NCBI GenBank assembly: GCA_003971905.1
Contig: RSEE01000143.1
Span: forward strand, 112,912 to 132,911
Source: Moniliella sp. 'wahieum'
Taxonomy: Eukaryota
DNA: 20,000 nucleotides
Direction: 5' to 3'
Position numbers and translations under genes: made by a program. Every line of letters begins with the position of its first letter. The stretch's first letter is position 1. The notes under the pieces are model-generated. The model searched no databases. It saw only the letters and a list, made by a program, of their open reading frames with translations, and was not told the origin of the DNA. Shown here piece by piece: positions 8,919-20,000 of the stretch.

Positions 8919-10195
8919 CGCACCGTGCACTGGCCTTGTGCCTGTGCGGCCCCACCACCACCAGCCTGGCCGGAGACTGCTCCTGGGCCTGTGTCCCGCC
9001 GGCAGGCACCACAGCGCACTTGCACTGCGACGCAGCCGGCCCCGGATCCCGGGTTTTTTGGATGGCGTTTGCGCTTCTTTGGCCAGCACCCTCCACCGAG
9101 GAAGTCTGACGAAAACACTCTCAACTTTGGGGACGGGAAGCAAAGTGGCTGTCCTAGTCCCGGCCACTCGTTACCCTGCTCCTTAGCTTTTCTTCAGCGT
9201 GCTGAAGCTCTGCTCTCTCCCACAGCTCTCACATCTCACAGCTCAGCTTGAGCGCTCACAGCTCTGACAGCTCTCAGCGCGCGCACCTGTGGCGGACCCA
9301 TGCCTTTTCCCCATTACGCACCACAGACGGCCACATGATGCATCTTGGAGATTCGCCAACCCGCACACGGAAGAGGTGTTCAAGATTAGACAGGCGTCTT
9401 TCCCCTGTACCGCTGTGCCGCTAAGAATGTTTCTTCGGATGTGATGATGTACAGCAGTAAAAGAAGTCATCGACAGCAGACATTATTTTCGCTCATGCGC
9501 TCATGTACATGGTACCAATTGAAAGTCATGAGAATGTCACACGTTCAAACGTGTTTTTGCCTCTCAAGGTCGAATGATGCATCAACATCAGTAGCCGTCT
9601 TGCTACATGGCTAATCGAAATTTCTGGTGCACAATCTTGTGGGCCTTGCCCACCTTGAATTTCGTACATAGTCCTCACATATCTATCCGGAACCTTGTTA
9701 CCGGCAATTTCGATTAGCTATGTAGCGACACCAATTGAACACAACAGGAGCCTATAGGTTTTGCTATAGTCTCTCTCGCCATTTCTGGATACAATTATCA
9801 CGGTTTTACAAGAGGCCTGTTGAGGCCACACCTGGAAGGGTCAGCAGTGCGTACAACAAAACTGATGCATACACAGGTAGACTTCGAAGATCCAAGAGGG
9901 GATCGAGGGAAAATATGATAAACGGCGCCATTTTTTTTGGGATGTATATGGAGGGACCGCCGTACTATTATAGGTCCCAACACAACTGCTGATGGATATC
10001 TGAGGTGGTGGTGCTAGTAAAATGATTCCCACGCCAAACAGGCCAGGGCTGTTGAGAGCAAGGATCGCGGGTGAAAAAGTGAATCACGTGGTGCCATGCG
10101 ACAATGTGAGAGGCGTGCGAAGAAGGATAGATGATGGTACCACACTAAAATCCACACTAATATACGCTTTTGAAGCTGGAAGGCTGATGGCAACT

Positions 10196-10234
10196 TGATA
10201 CATGATGCATGATGCATGATGCATGATGATCGAT
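10196..10234. repeat. 7-bp tandem repeat (CATGATG)x4
   Basis: tgata-catgatg x4-atcgat. The 21-mer at 10196-10216 is identical to 1093-1113. Confidence 0.9.
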
Positions 10235-10635
10235 ATTGAATTGCAGTTGCCAGCCGCGCGGAAAGATAGACAATCGGTGCACGGGCCAGCGGTGCGCGGG
10301 CGCAAGAGGATGTAGGGTTGAGAGTTAAAGTAGGCGTCAGATGGCTGGCCTGTGCGGCGCTCCGAAGGGTGTTTTTGTATCTTATAAGGAAACAGTGGTA
10401 TATCGGCAGGCCGCGTCCCCCCACATGTGTGTTCTGCGGCCCACCAGCCGGTAGAGCCCCTCTTCAGATTGCGCCCGCCTCACTAATCATAGCAGGGGGG
10501 ATGGGCGGGGGGGTGGAGCGATACCAGCTACTGGGAGGCCCACCGAAAGAGGGCGCCCCCGTCCTTGGAAAAGCAGCAGAGGCAACAAGCTTCTGCGCAG
10601 GGACTGTATAGTACTAGTGAAGCTAATGATAGCAG

Positions 10636-13354
10636 ATGAAAAAAGTCTGGCGCCATCTCGATTCCAGGGGCAGTGTTGGCCACCACGCCTCAAACCCTCA
10701 TCCGTCTTCTCTCTCCCTTGGCAGAGTCTGCCGTAACGAATCTTTCCTTCCCTCCATCCGCCGTTATTGCTGGGCCCGATGGAAGCCTCCCTGCCATCCG
10801 ACCCGCCTCCCGCCTGCAGCGGGGCCGAGGCGCCTCCTCCTTTGCCCGTGCCTCCCTCCATGCACCCACAATATCTCTCACCCGCAGCGCGCGCAACAGC
10901 TTCCGCCACTCCTTTCTTCCTCATCAAGAGGACCGCACCGACGAAAGCCACACCTTTGTTCCGCCTCTCATTGCCGAGGTTAGGCCCGATCCAGGCGTGC
11001 CTCCCATTCTGCTGTCCCCTTTGCTGTGGTGAACTGCGTTGTCTTTGGCGAATTTCTGCTGGCTGGTGTAGCAGGTCCTTTCTCTTCAGTTTAATCCACG
11101 ATTTAGAACCGCACATGGACGACGGAACGACAGCCACATGGGCCGGCATCTTGGCTGCCGGCTTTTTCTTCTCCCAATTTCTCACCTCCCTGCTCTGGTC
11201 TGCCGCGGCTGACAAGTACGGGCGCCGCATTGTCCTTTTTACTTCGGCTGCCGGTTCGACGATTAGTGTCGTTCTGTACGGCTTTTCGCCTAGCCTTCGT
11301 TTTGCACTGGCTATGCGTCTTGTCCAGGGCTTTTTTAATGGTGCGTGGGCGTGGCCAAAGGCTCCGTCCGGTAGGTGCTTTCCCGTTCACAATATGCTGA
11401 TGTGTGCTAACATTGTGTCTGCCACAGTGACCTGACAGTCCCTGCAAATGAGGGCCAAGCCTTCGCTGTGCTCGGCTTCTGGTGGGCATGGGCGGTATGT
11501 TGGGTACGTCATTCTCCACTCCTTCATTTTCAACCACACTCACAAAACCATTGTGCATATACATCTAATATTCCAGACCCATATTGGGTGGAGTCCTAGA
11601 ACATCCGGGAGACAAGTATCCCTTCCTCGCTATTCCTCTCTTTATCACGTACCCGTACCTTCTCCCCTGCCTAGCGGCGGGGGCTTGCACACTGATGGGT
11701 GCGGTCCTGGCACCCTTTACAGGTCCCAATGGAGGCTCGAGACAGGAAGGGCTCCCCTCGGTCGAAGAATTTCACGAAGAAGATTCTGGCCACCCTATGA
11801 CGCCTAGGACCACCAGTTTGGTCCTAAGTCAGGCCCCACCACACTTTAGAAAAGCTTCAACTACCAGTCCCCTTCCACATGGGGTCCGAACTAGTTTGCA
11901 CCAGCAAGCTTTGCTGAACACAGCCGCAACTCCATGCGGCCGGAATCACAGATATTTGATGAGGACATGGAGAGTATGTGTCTTCAGCTCAAGTTCCCCC
12001 TCCCCTCCTCCTGTCCCTCGCCGGTTGGACGCTTGTCGTTTGCCCATCGCTTTGTTCTTGCAAACGATGACTTTCCCGTACACCTGTCCGATTTTTGGAT
12101 CGCATCGGCTATCAATGGAGAAGAGTCGGAACCCATTGTCTTTTTTGACGACACAACTCCATCGGCAGTGTCGTCACGAAACACATCCTTTTCTGAGGAG
12201 GAGACGGGCGCTACTGAGATACTTCAAGACTCATTTTCCCATGAGGAGGAGGAGCAGGAGGAGGATGAGGAGCAGGAGGAGGAGGAGGAGCAGGAGGAGG
12301 AGCAGGAGGAGGAGGAGCAGGAACAATAGCAGGAAGAGAGGGAGCAAGAGCAGGGCCAACAGCCTGGTGAAGAGGCGCCACTACTCCCTGCCTGGCCGCG
12401 CAACGGAACCAGAGGTGAGGCCCCACGGCTTTCGGTATTTTCCCCATTTGAGGAAAGTTCAACCACCGGTCTCCGTCCGCTTTCTTCCTGGGCCGGAGCA
12501 GGGTTAGTACGGGGCCGCGCTTGCCAAGTCTGTATCGCTACTCGGGCCTCGGCATGGAGCTTCCATGGCACAGCCGAGTCTCTTTGTCCCCAGCATACGA
12601 CATCAGGCCATGGTGGGGGAGGGAGTCGGCACAAGCGCAGGGGGGCGAGATCGTTGCCCTCCCTGAGCGACAGGTCAAGTACGGAACAATCCCTGAAGCA
12701 TCTCCACTGCCTCCTCCGCAAACTGGAACGTTTAATCGACTTCCGCTGGTAATAATCGGACATTACGCTTTGCTTGGCTTGCACGCCTCCACGTTTGATC
12801 AGGTCTTCCTTTCCTTCCTCGTGGCTCCGTGGGAGAATGGCGGACTGGGCTTGACAGCAGCTCACTTTGCTGCGCTAATAGCCTTCATGGTCATCTGTCA
12901 GTTGGGATTCCAATTTTATGTGTATCCGTACTTGGTCCGCCTTATGGTCCATTGACGCACCTTGGGATGCTGCGAGTTGGCCTGTTACTTTATCTACCGA
13001 TCTACACCCTTTTCCCGCTCCTACGTTCCCTTCCCCTTCCCGAATCAGGGTGATGGCAGTCATGGTACTTCTTTCGGCAGTGCGCTGGCTTGCAAACATC
13101 TGCGCGTTCACTGCCGTGTCGATTTTGATGAACGTACTCTGTCCGCCGGAGCTGGTGGCACTGGCTAATGGTCTAGCCCAGACCGTTTCTTCCGCCGCAC
13201 GATTTATTGGTCCTCTCTTGGGCGGAGTAGTGTGGGGACTGTCGATCGACGGCGGACCCAATGCTCACCCGTGGCCTTTCAATTTCCATCTGGGTTTTGG
13301 GTTGTGGGCCTCTTGGGCTTCGCCGGGCTGATCCAGTCATGCTGGATCCGCTGA
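10636..13354 (+). CDS. major facilitator superfamily transporter (YCR023C/ZIFL-like) with a long acidic central loop; start uncertain
   Basis: VVNCVVFGEF, WAGILAAGFFFSQFLTSLLWSAAADKYGRRIVL (MFS motif A), introns 11371-11427 and 11504-11576, GPILGGVL, YPYLLPC, HASTFDQVFLSFL, GGLGL, ALANGLAQTVSSAARFIGPLLGG, and a repaired end LIQSCWIR-TGA at 13352-13354. Contains several indels and one in-frame TAG at 12327. Confidence 0.9.
12243..12326 (+). repeat. GAG/CAG trinucleotide tract encoding poly-Glu/Gln in the MFS loop
   Basis: EEEEQEEDEEQEEEEEQEEEQEEEEQEQ in ORF 11934..12329. Confidence 0.9.
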
Positions 13355-13729
13355 ATCTTCCCTCTTTCGCGTTTACCTTTCCTGGATCACCTCCTGCTTC
13401 CCTCTATATCCTTCACAATACACGCCAGTTTCTACTTGTCTCGTCCCATCCCCACAATCTTCTATGATGCCTTGCTGGGCTTTCACTTGTATCCTCTTCT
13501 CTCTACTGTCAAAGACTGCAGAGATAATGTGCTTCGTCTGTGTGGTCATCTTCTTTCATTCCCTGTTTCTCTCTTCATGCGGCATACACGGATTGGAAAA
13601 CGAAAAAAGTCTTTTAACATAGATGTCACTTTCCCCTCCGTTGTATCTCGCAATGCGATCATTTTTCTCATGGAATATGTGCGATCGCAACTGGCAAGCC
13701 GGTTAATCCTGTCCGAGGCAACCCAATGC

Positions 13730-13978
13730 TTGGCGGGGATGCCATAGATCCATCGTCCCAAAGAAAGGATATGGGGGGCATAACAGTGGGGCGCGTTGGC
13801 GTTGGCGAGTGTGCCACAGCGCACCCTGGTGCTGAAAGCGTTGGTGACATCGAGCATGAAGATGTGGTTGAAATTTCCTTGCTCCTCCCCAGTTAACCGT
13901 TGTAATAAGCTCGACGATTCACACGATGGGCGCAACCCCATTAATACGCAATGCTATGTCCAGCTGAGTGGAGAGGAG
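13730..13978 (-). mobile_element. degenerate reverse-transcriptase fragment of a CRE-clade-like non-LTR retrotransposon
   Basis: LLSTQLDIALRINGVAPIV, a frameshift, then NFNHIFMLDVTNAFST..YAPHILSLGRWIYGIP. This parallels the recalled CRE/Cnl1/MoTeR pattern LLPxQxGVGxxGGVEPxV..HLxSLDFSNAFN..YAPxL..WAYGxP. No QGDP or YxDD motif seen downstream. Confidence 0.55.
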
Positions 13979-14372
13979 CCTAATGGCGCGGGGACGGAGA
14001 GCGGTGGGGGTAGGGGTAGGGGGGCACTGGCGGGGGCGGCAGGCTCTCTACATCAGTAACTGCCAACGCTCACTTTAAACCACGCGCTAAGAGGTGTAGG
14101 GAGGTGTATTAGGCTATCTACACACAGCACAGGGCCCACGTTGACCCTACCCGGATCCCATTGATAGGACAATCGCTACACGGCCTGTCTTCCATGTCTA
14201 CTGTCCCCCATCACTCAGCACCGTTTGTTCGCTATGGCTCCCTACTATGGCTTCCTATGGCACTTGTCAAAGATGGAGGAAACCAATCTCAATTCATCAA
14301 ACCAGGCAAAACAAGGACCAAACCAACCTCACAACAAAATAATCTCAAGCAAAAGGAACAGGAGTCTACCTT

Positions 14373-14946
14373 TTAAAAATCATCCGCAGTCCAAGATTGA
14401 CAAAGAGAAGTTGGCCCAGGCGAGACGTCGACGCCAGCGCACTGGCGTGCCAGCCGGGCATGGTACCTGGGGCGCCCCGTCTTCCGCCTGGCGTTGTAAT
14501 AGGCGGCCCAATGCTGAGTGTCGGACAACAGGTGGAGCTCAAACATGTGGACCAAGTTGGGGTGGGTCGTGAAGAAGGAGTGATCGCCGCAGTGGGACAC
14601 GTGGTGGGAGCCGTGGTGCAATGAGTTGTGGCCGCGTGACTTGACTGAGTCAGTAGAAGGAGAAAAGGAGAAGAAGGAGAAGAAGAACGAGGCGGCGGAG
14701 AAGGAGGAACGTAGAAGAGCAGGAGGGCAAGGGGCGCAGAGCGGCATTTGACGAGCCTTGCTAACGATGCTGGCGATGGAGAAAGGAGATGGTATCCCAG
14801 AGCAAGGAGAGCTACACCCATGGACCGTGATAAGCTCCGGGCTCGAAGCCAAGTGGAAGCTCTTTTGGAACGTCCTGGACGCACTGCGCCGATGTCTCTC
14901 AAGGCCGATGGGCTCTGGATCACCGGTGGTTAACACTGGCTTCCAT
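14373..14946 (-). CDS. possible small His-rich hypothetical protein
   Basis: ATG at 14946; a pyrimidine tract with CTGAC..TCAG near 14647 resembles an intron end; then HHGSHHVSHCGDHSFFTTHPNLVHMFELHLLSDTQHWAAYYNARRK with mostly C/G-ending codons. No family recognised. Confidence 0.3.
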
Positions 14947-15175
14947 GCTGCTCCCTACCGCTAACGCCCATCTCTTGCCCGCAATTGGTCGCCTACGCTA
15001 CCATATACTGTTCCATGTACGTACGCTTCAGCATCAATTTTGCGTTGCCCATCGCCGCTGTAGATCCATCGCCGATATCATCAGGACATCACTAGCACCA
15101 TGCATCACTATAGGGCCGTGGCCGCATGCATCACAGGTGCTCAGGTGCTTCGGCCTGCGGCCTCAACAAATACGT

Positions 15176-15907
15176 CTCAACGTACGCCTCAACGTCCTCA
15201 ACGTTTAACGGATTTGACGTTTAACGTGTTTAACTTCAACGTTTCAGGGCCACCGGCACCGTCCACCAGACATTGGTGACGCGGTGACGGCCATCGGCAT
15301 GCCCAATCCGTACGAGCGCATAGCAAGCGCAATTGAGCTGCACGCGCAGCCATGAAACCAACCTCTTGGGATAAATGTACTTCGACCACAGGTCGGGGGC
15401 AGTGTGTTGAACGAATCACCGGCCGATCACCGCTCAGGATCACCGTTCTACGTTCAACATTCACCGGTCACCACTGTCGGATCATCGATCCATCAATCAT
15501 CAATCACATGTCACACAGGAACAAGGGTGTGTAGATATCTAGTTGAACGTATGGTCTGGGCTCCGCGCCGTACAGGCAAGTGTAGCGACCAGTGTAGCCG
15601 AACGTAGCTTGTGGAGTCCTCGACATTAACGTTTAACTTTAACGTTTAACCGTTACATTAAGCTCCAGCCGCAACCGTAACCTTATACCACTGTGCGGAT
15701 TTAGTGCCTGGTATACTCTGCCGAGAGGCGGCAACCACGGCGACGGTCAGCCGGTCAGGCTCACACACATCTCCTTCCTAGTCAAGCCAGGCACTAGTCC
15801 TAGTCACTAGTCACTAGCAACGTCAACGCGTCAACTCGGTCGTAGGCAACGCTCAACGTTCAACCTCAGCGCTCGCGCTCAACTTTACGTTCATCAACAT
15901 TCAACGT
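15176..15907. repeat. clusters of YAACGT(T) and CACTAGT short repeats in the intergenic region
   Basis: AACG(T)-rich runs at 15176-15244, 15627-15653 and 15818-15907; (CACTAGT) about x3.5 at 15792-15817. Confidence 0.8.
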
Positions 15908-16286
15908 ACTCACCTCGGTGTATTCGCCAAGAAGTCACCTAGTGACTAGGGAACACAGGAACACGGCAGCACGGGGGGCACTCAGCCTCAGCTGCCAGCG
16001 GTAAAGCCAAGGCTTGTTTAAGCGCAAGCTTGCCGCGTCAAGCGCGCACAAAGAGGTTGAATTGGCCCTGAAGATCTATAGAGGCGGGACGCGTGACGCG
16101 TACCGCACGACACGACTCAGCGCCAGCTGCTTTTGCATCAACGATCGATGATCGATGATCCGCGTAACTTAGTCTACCGTCCTCGCCACATTCAACATAG
16201 CTGTCCTATCGACCATCCCCAATCCCGTCTCACCTGCATCTCGTCGAGACCAACGCTCGACCGGATGGCCTAATCAGGCAAGCGTC

Positions 16287-18510
16287 ATGCCCGACACGCC
16301 TACAGGCCTCATTCCTCTGGCATACAAAACCATTCCTCCCCTTCATCCACATCCCACCTCACCCCCACCACCTTTCTCCCCTACCTCTCCCTCCCCTACA
16401 ACCTTCACTACAAGCAGGCTGGTCCTTGCTACACCCGTCTCTGGAAGACATCTCGCGCTGGACGCTCTACTCTCTGGTCGATCATTATGCATATTCTCTC
16501 CCGTTCCGAGCAGGCTGGCCCGCTCCAAGGGCTGCTGGGCGCCCTTTCCCTCGCCCTCGCCACCTACAAACCCACCCCCATTCTCCCCACCAACCTGAGC
16601 ATGACCGATGTGCCCCTTCCGAACGGAAACCAGGGTGGAAGTAGCTTCCAAGTCGCCGGCCCTTCGAATGGAACCTACAAGGAAATCAAGCTCCCTCACC
16701 AGAACCTGAACGAGAGTGAGTGGGGTTCCCCGTCGACCCTATACGTTCCGACAGACTGGGCTACCTCCTCCTCGGGCAACAACTTTGCCTCCACCGTGGG
16801 GCCGGGCGGGTGCAGGGTCCTGGATGCCTACACACCCACCTCTTCCCTTCCCCAAGCCGACGAATTTGCCCCCTTTGACCGGACCAGCGCAAATATTATG
16901 CGTTACCGCAAGCAAATTGCTGTCAACCTGGGCAGTTGGTACGTTCTTCGCGTCTTCACTACCCCTCCTGCCCACAGAAAACTGACTTTGACCATGCAGG
17001 TTTGTTCTCGAGAACTGGATGGTGCCTTCAATGTTTACCTGTGCCAATCATGCGGCGTCGGCAGAGCACGATGTGTTGTCCGGGTACGGTGTTTCGCAAC
17101 AGGGCTTGTCCAGCGCCAAGGCGCGTTTGGAGCAGCACTGGGACACCTGGATTAACAAGGCGGATTTTGCCAGGATGGCCTCGCTGGGCATCAACACGGT
17201 GCGCATCCCGATTGGCTATTGGAGTATGGGCACCACCAAGTGGCTCGACAATTCTCCGTTCCAGGCGTGGGTGTCCGTATATGTCAATGAGTTGCGCTAC
17301 CTCGCACGGGCGATCAACTGGGCTGCTGAATACGACATTGGTGTGCTGATTGATCTGCACGGTGCATATGGCAACCAGAATGGCCAAGCACACTCGGGCG
17401 TATCGGATGGCAATATTGGCTTCTTTACCCCGACCAACATGGATCGCACGACGCAGCTGTTGGTGCATCTGACCGAGAAGTATGCCAACGTTACCAACGT
17501 GATTGGGATTGAGACGCTTAACGAGCCCAATGGGTGGTACCGCAACCAGCTCTATCCCTGGCTGACAACAACAATGAACGCGATGCGCCAAGCCAACAAC
17601 CCACAAGCCAAGTCCTTCCCCATCTTTTTCCACGATGGTTTCAGCTTGTCTCAGGGCTCCGCCTTTGTTCAGGGTCGCAGCGACTTTGTCGTGCAGGATA
17701 ACCACATGTACTATGTGTACTCCCAGTCGGACAAGAGCACCTCTGCCAGCGGCCACACGGCTCAGGTCCAAGGCTCAGTTGCTCAAACCTTGTCCAGTAA
17801 CAGCCGTATCGCCCGTAACAATCTCATTGTGGGCGAATGGAGTTGCGCGCTGGCACCCAGCAGTCTTTCGGGCGCACGGGATGCGCACGTCTCCCAGCAG
17901 AACTTTTGCAATGCCCATCAAGCGTGTACCGGCAGAACGCTGGGGGCTGGTCCTTCTGGTCGTGGCGGTTGGAGTCGTGCGAGCAAAATGCGGGTTGGTG
18001 CTTTCAGGCGACTGTTCACACGAAGCTTATGACGAGCCCCCTTAGGGCATGACCAACACTGGCTCCAACTCAGGATCCAGTTCGTCAGGTGCGCGGAATC
18101 TGCTGCAGTCAGCGGGGAAGAACATGACGCAGGTATTGGCTGAAGTCACCAATGGTGTCAAGGCGCTTCCTGACCCTACCTTGCCCTTCTCGTCTTCTAA
18201 GAGGGGCGGGAGTGGGGCGGCCCGGGCGGCCGCGTTGGTCCGAGGCCTTTCTTCCCAGCAGGAGGCAGGAAATACGGGGTACAGCGACGGGTTCATGAGC
18301 GCCAAGATCTTTGCCTCGCAGCCTTCTGTAGCGCGGATGGGCTTCGCGGGCAATACATGGCAGACTCGTTTGCCGCACACGTGGCCCAAGGGACACTTGG
18401 GCCAGACGAGTGGGATGACTACAGCGAGCACTTTGCCAATGGCCTTTCCGATGCTGAGAACAAGATCTCCGCATTGGTAAAGCATACAGCGAATGAGGCG
18501 CGCTGTGTAA
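16287..18510 (+). CDS. glycoside hydrolase family 5, exo-beta-1,3-glucanase-like (both ends approximate)
   Basis: Intron 16939-16999 removal gives VNLGSWFVLENWMVPSMF. Also GINTVRIPIGYW, IDLHGAYG, acid/base NEP (Glu 17523-17525), nucleophile VGEWS (Glu 17835-17837), GWSFWSW, CEQNAGWCF and a C-terminal GYSDGF region. Both catalytic Glu residues are intact. Confidence 0.93.
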
Positions 18511-20000
18511 CTTCCTTGCCGGTGTCGTATCGTTCAATCGATCTCGTCCGTGATTCTTCTTCCGGTCGTATCTCCACTCCTCATTGCCCTAACCCATCTC
18601 TGTCTGTACCCGTGCTCGTCACTCACTTCATATTCGAACTCCTGTATCAGTGGTGTTACCTATTAGTAAGTATGTGGCACCCATGTGCACATTTTGGCTT
18701 TGATTGCCTCCCTCCCAGATTCAACATTCAGCAGAGGGGATCAAGCACTTCGCGCTCTCTTTGCGTCGGGATCATTTCGGAGCACATGGTGCATCTTCTC
18801 TACTTTCGCGCGCTATCTCGCGCGCCAACGTATTATCATCTTCAAAAATTCAAAGTGTCTGTCAGTACATAGCCCTCTATGTCCCTACTTCTTCATCCGT
18901 CACATAGATAAAGGATTTGTATTCCGTATCTGGCCTGGTTGGGAGATTCAAGGGAATGACTCCGAGGAAGGCACAACCATCGAGACTCCCATGTAAAGAG
19001 AGAGGCAGACTATACTGAGTGAGTATTGATTCAAGTATATCAACTGGAACGAAAAAGAGGAAAGGGGGAAATGTGGTAGCGACGAGAAAATTGGAGACGA
19101 CAGATGAGAGAACGAGACATGCGTTTTGCACATCCGCCGCGCGCGTGCAAGTGGCCCCACAAGGTGAGGTAGCAGTAGTAGTGTCATACTCCAGCCAGCC
19201 CCGTCTAACCTCTCATCGACATATTTTCATGCATCTCTCGAGCTCTCATGTCCTCTTTTACGATGTGCAGTCCTGAATCCATATTAGAGGACTAATCCGA
19301 CTGTAGCATTGAGCGCGAACGATGATGTTACGAATCGAGCGAAGATCGCGTGTGGCGGTGGCAGTGAGGAGACAAGCAAATCGAGAACAGGGAAGCGTCT
19401 GTAAGGTGTCTCATTCCTCCGTATGGGTTGGCAAATACCGATAGTTTAGGGGAAAAGCCACCGTGCCATTATGAAGAGACACGCGGCCTATAAAAGGGAG
19501 GGAAACAACACAGAATATGGAGGAGAGGAGAGGGGGGAATTCACAAGTTTGTGAGGAGTGACCACAGAGCAATGAAACACAGGTGCAAAAGGGGGCAGAT
19601 GTGTAGCAATCTATACGCATGATCCATACCACAGAAAAGGGTAGGGAGAAAACCAAAAAAGCAACCAAGGAGAGTGCGACTATTACATAATCATTGCGAC
19701 AGAGTGAGGTACCCGGGGGAAGATGGTGGCCACCTCGGCCATCAGGGGTACTATCAGTTCAATATCGTGACTGTTGTGCTGAGATTGAAGCAATATCACC
19801 TGTTGTATTGGACGGAGTAGCTGAGTCTTCAGCAGATCCATCAGCATGGCCCTATGTCACAGTCGGGGGGCTAAGGCGAGGGAGATCATAGTCCTGACTA
19901 TCCAATGAATGTAGCAATAGTTCGTGGGGAAGAAGCAACAGCAGATGACATGGTGCGAGGCGGAAGAACAGAGAAGACGTGAGAGACGCTGGGGACGAAG

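Noticed and set aside
12327..12329. TAG stop-codon reassignment (alternative genetic code)
   Set aside because: Single instance; the apparent TAG in the cyclin near 8138 is explained by a frameshift.
12224..12865. Antisense Ser/Cys-rich and Pro-rich ORFs (similar shadows at 3734-4351 and 17028-17771)
   Set aside because: They are reverse-strand shadows of real genes or of the GAG repeat.
14366..14946. Ctr copper transporter guess from the hydrophobic and His-rich segments
   Set aside because: No MxxxM motif, no Met-rich N-terminus and no three-helix pattern.
15176..15907. CRISPR-like array
   Set aside because: Units are 6-9 bp with no regular unique spacers, and the context is eukaryotic.
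18520..20000. Short ORFs at the right end of the window
   Set aside because: No recognisable domains or gene structure; treated as intergenic or UTR.

Overview
This is eukaryotic DNA, most likely from a basidiomycete-type fungus (inferred from short GTRCGT..CTGAC..YAG introns and the protein families present). Every recognisable gene is broken by 1-2 nt indels, mostly in homopolymers or dinucleotide runs, which points to an unpolished long-read assembly rather than mass pseudogenisation. Repairing frames by eye gives: a GNAT acetyltransferase (-), a class Ia ribonucleotide reductase large-subunit homologue (+), a B-type cyclin (-), an MFS transporter with a poly-Glu loop (+), a degraded CRE-clade non-LTR reverse transcriptase fragment (-), a possible His-rich unknown ORF (-) and a GH5 beta-1,3-glucanase (+). 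The most striking item is the RNR homologue. It is near full length and keeps the ATP cone, effector loop 1 and the C-terminal CxxC. It has lost the radical Cys (SNLCTE->STFHTD), both redox Cys, the YY relay, loop 2 and the phosphate-binding loop, so it looks like a pseudo-enzyme or regulatory RNR subunit. The neighbouring cyclin B has a remodelled MRAIL substrate-docking patch. Intergenic regions carry a recurring class of 7-bp tandem repeats built on A..T hexamer palindromes. All alignments were done from memory, without tools.
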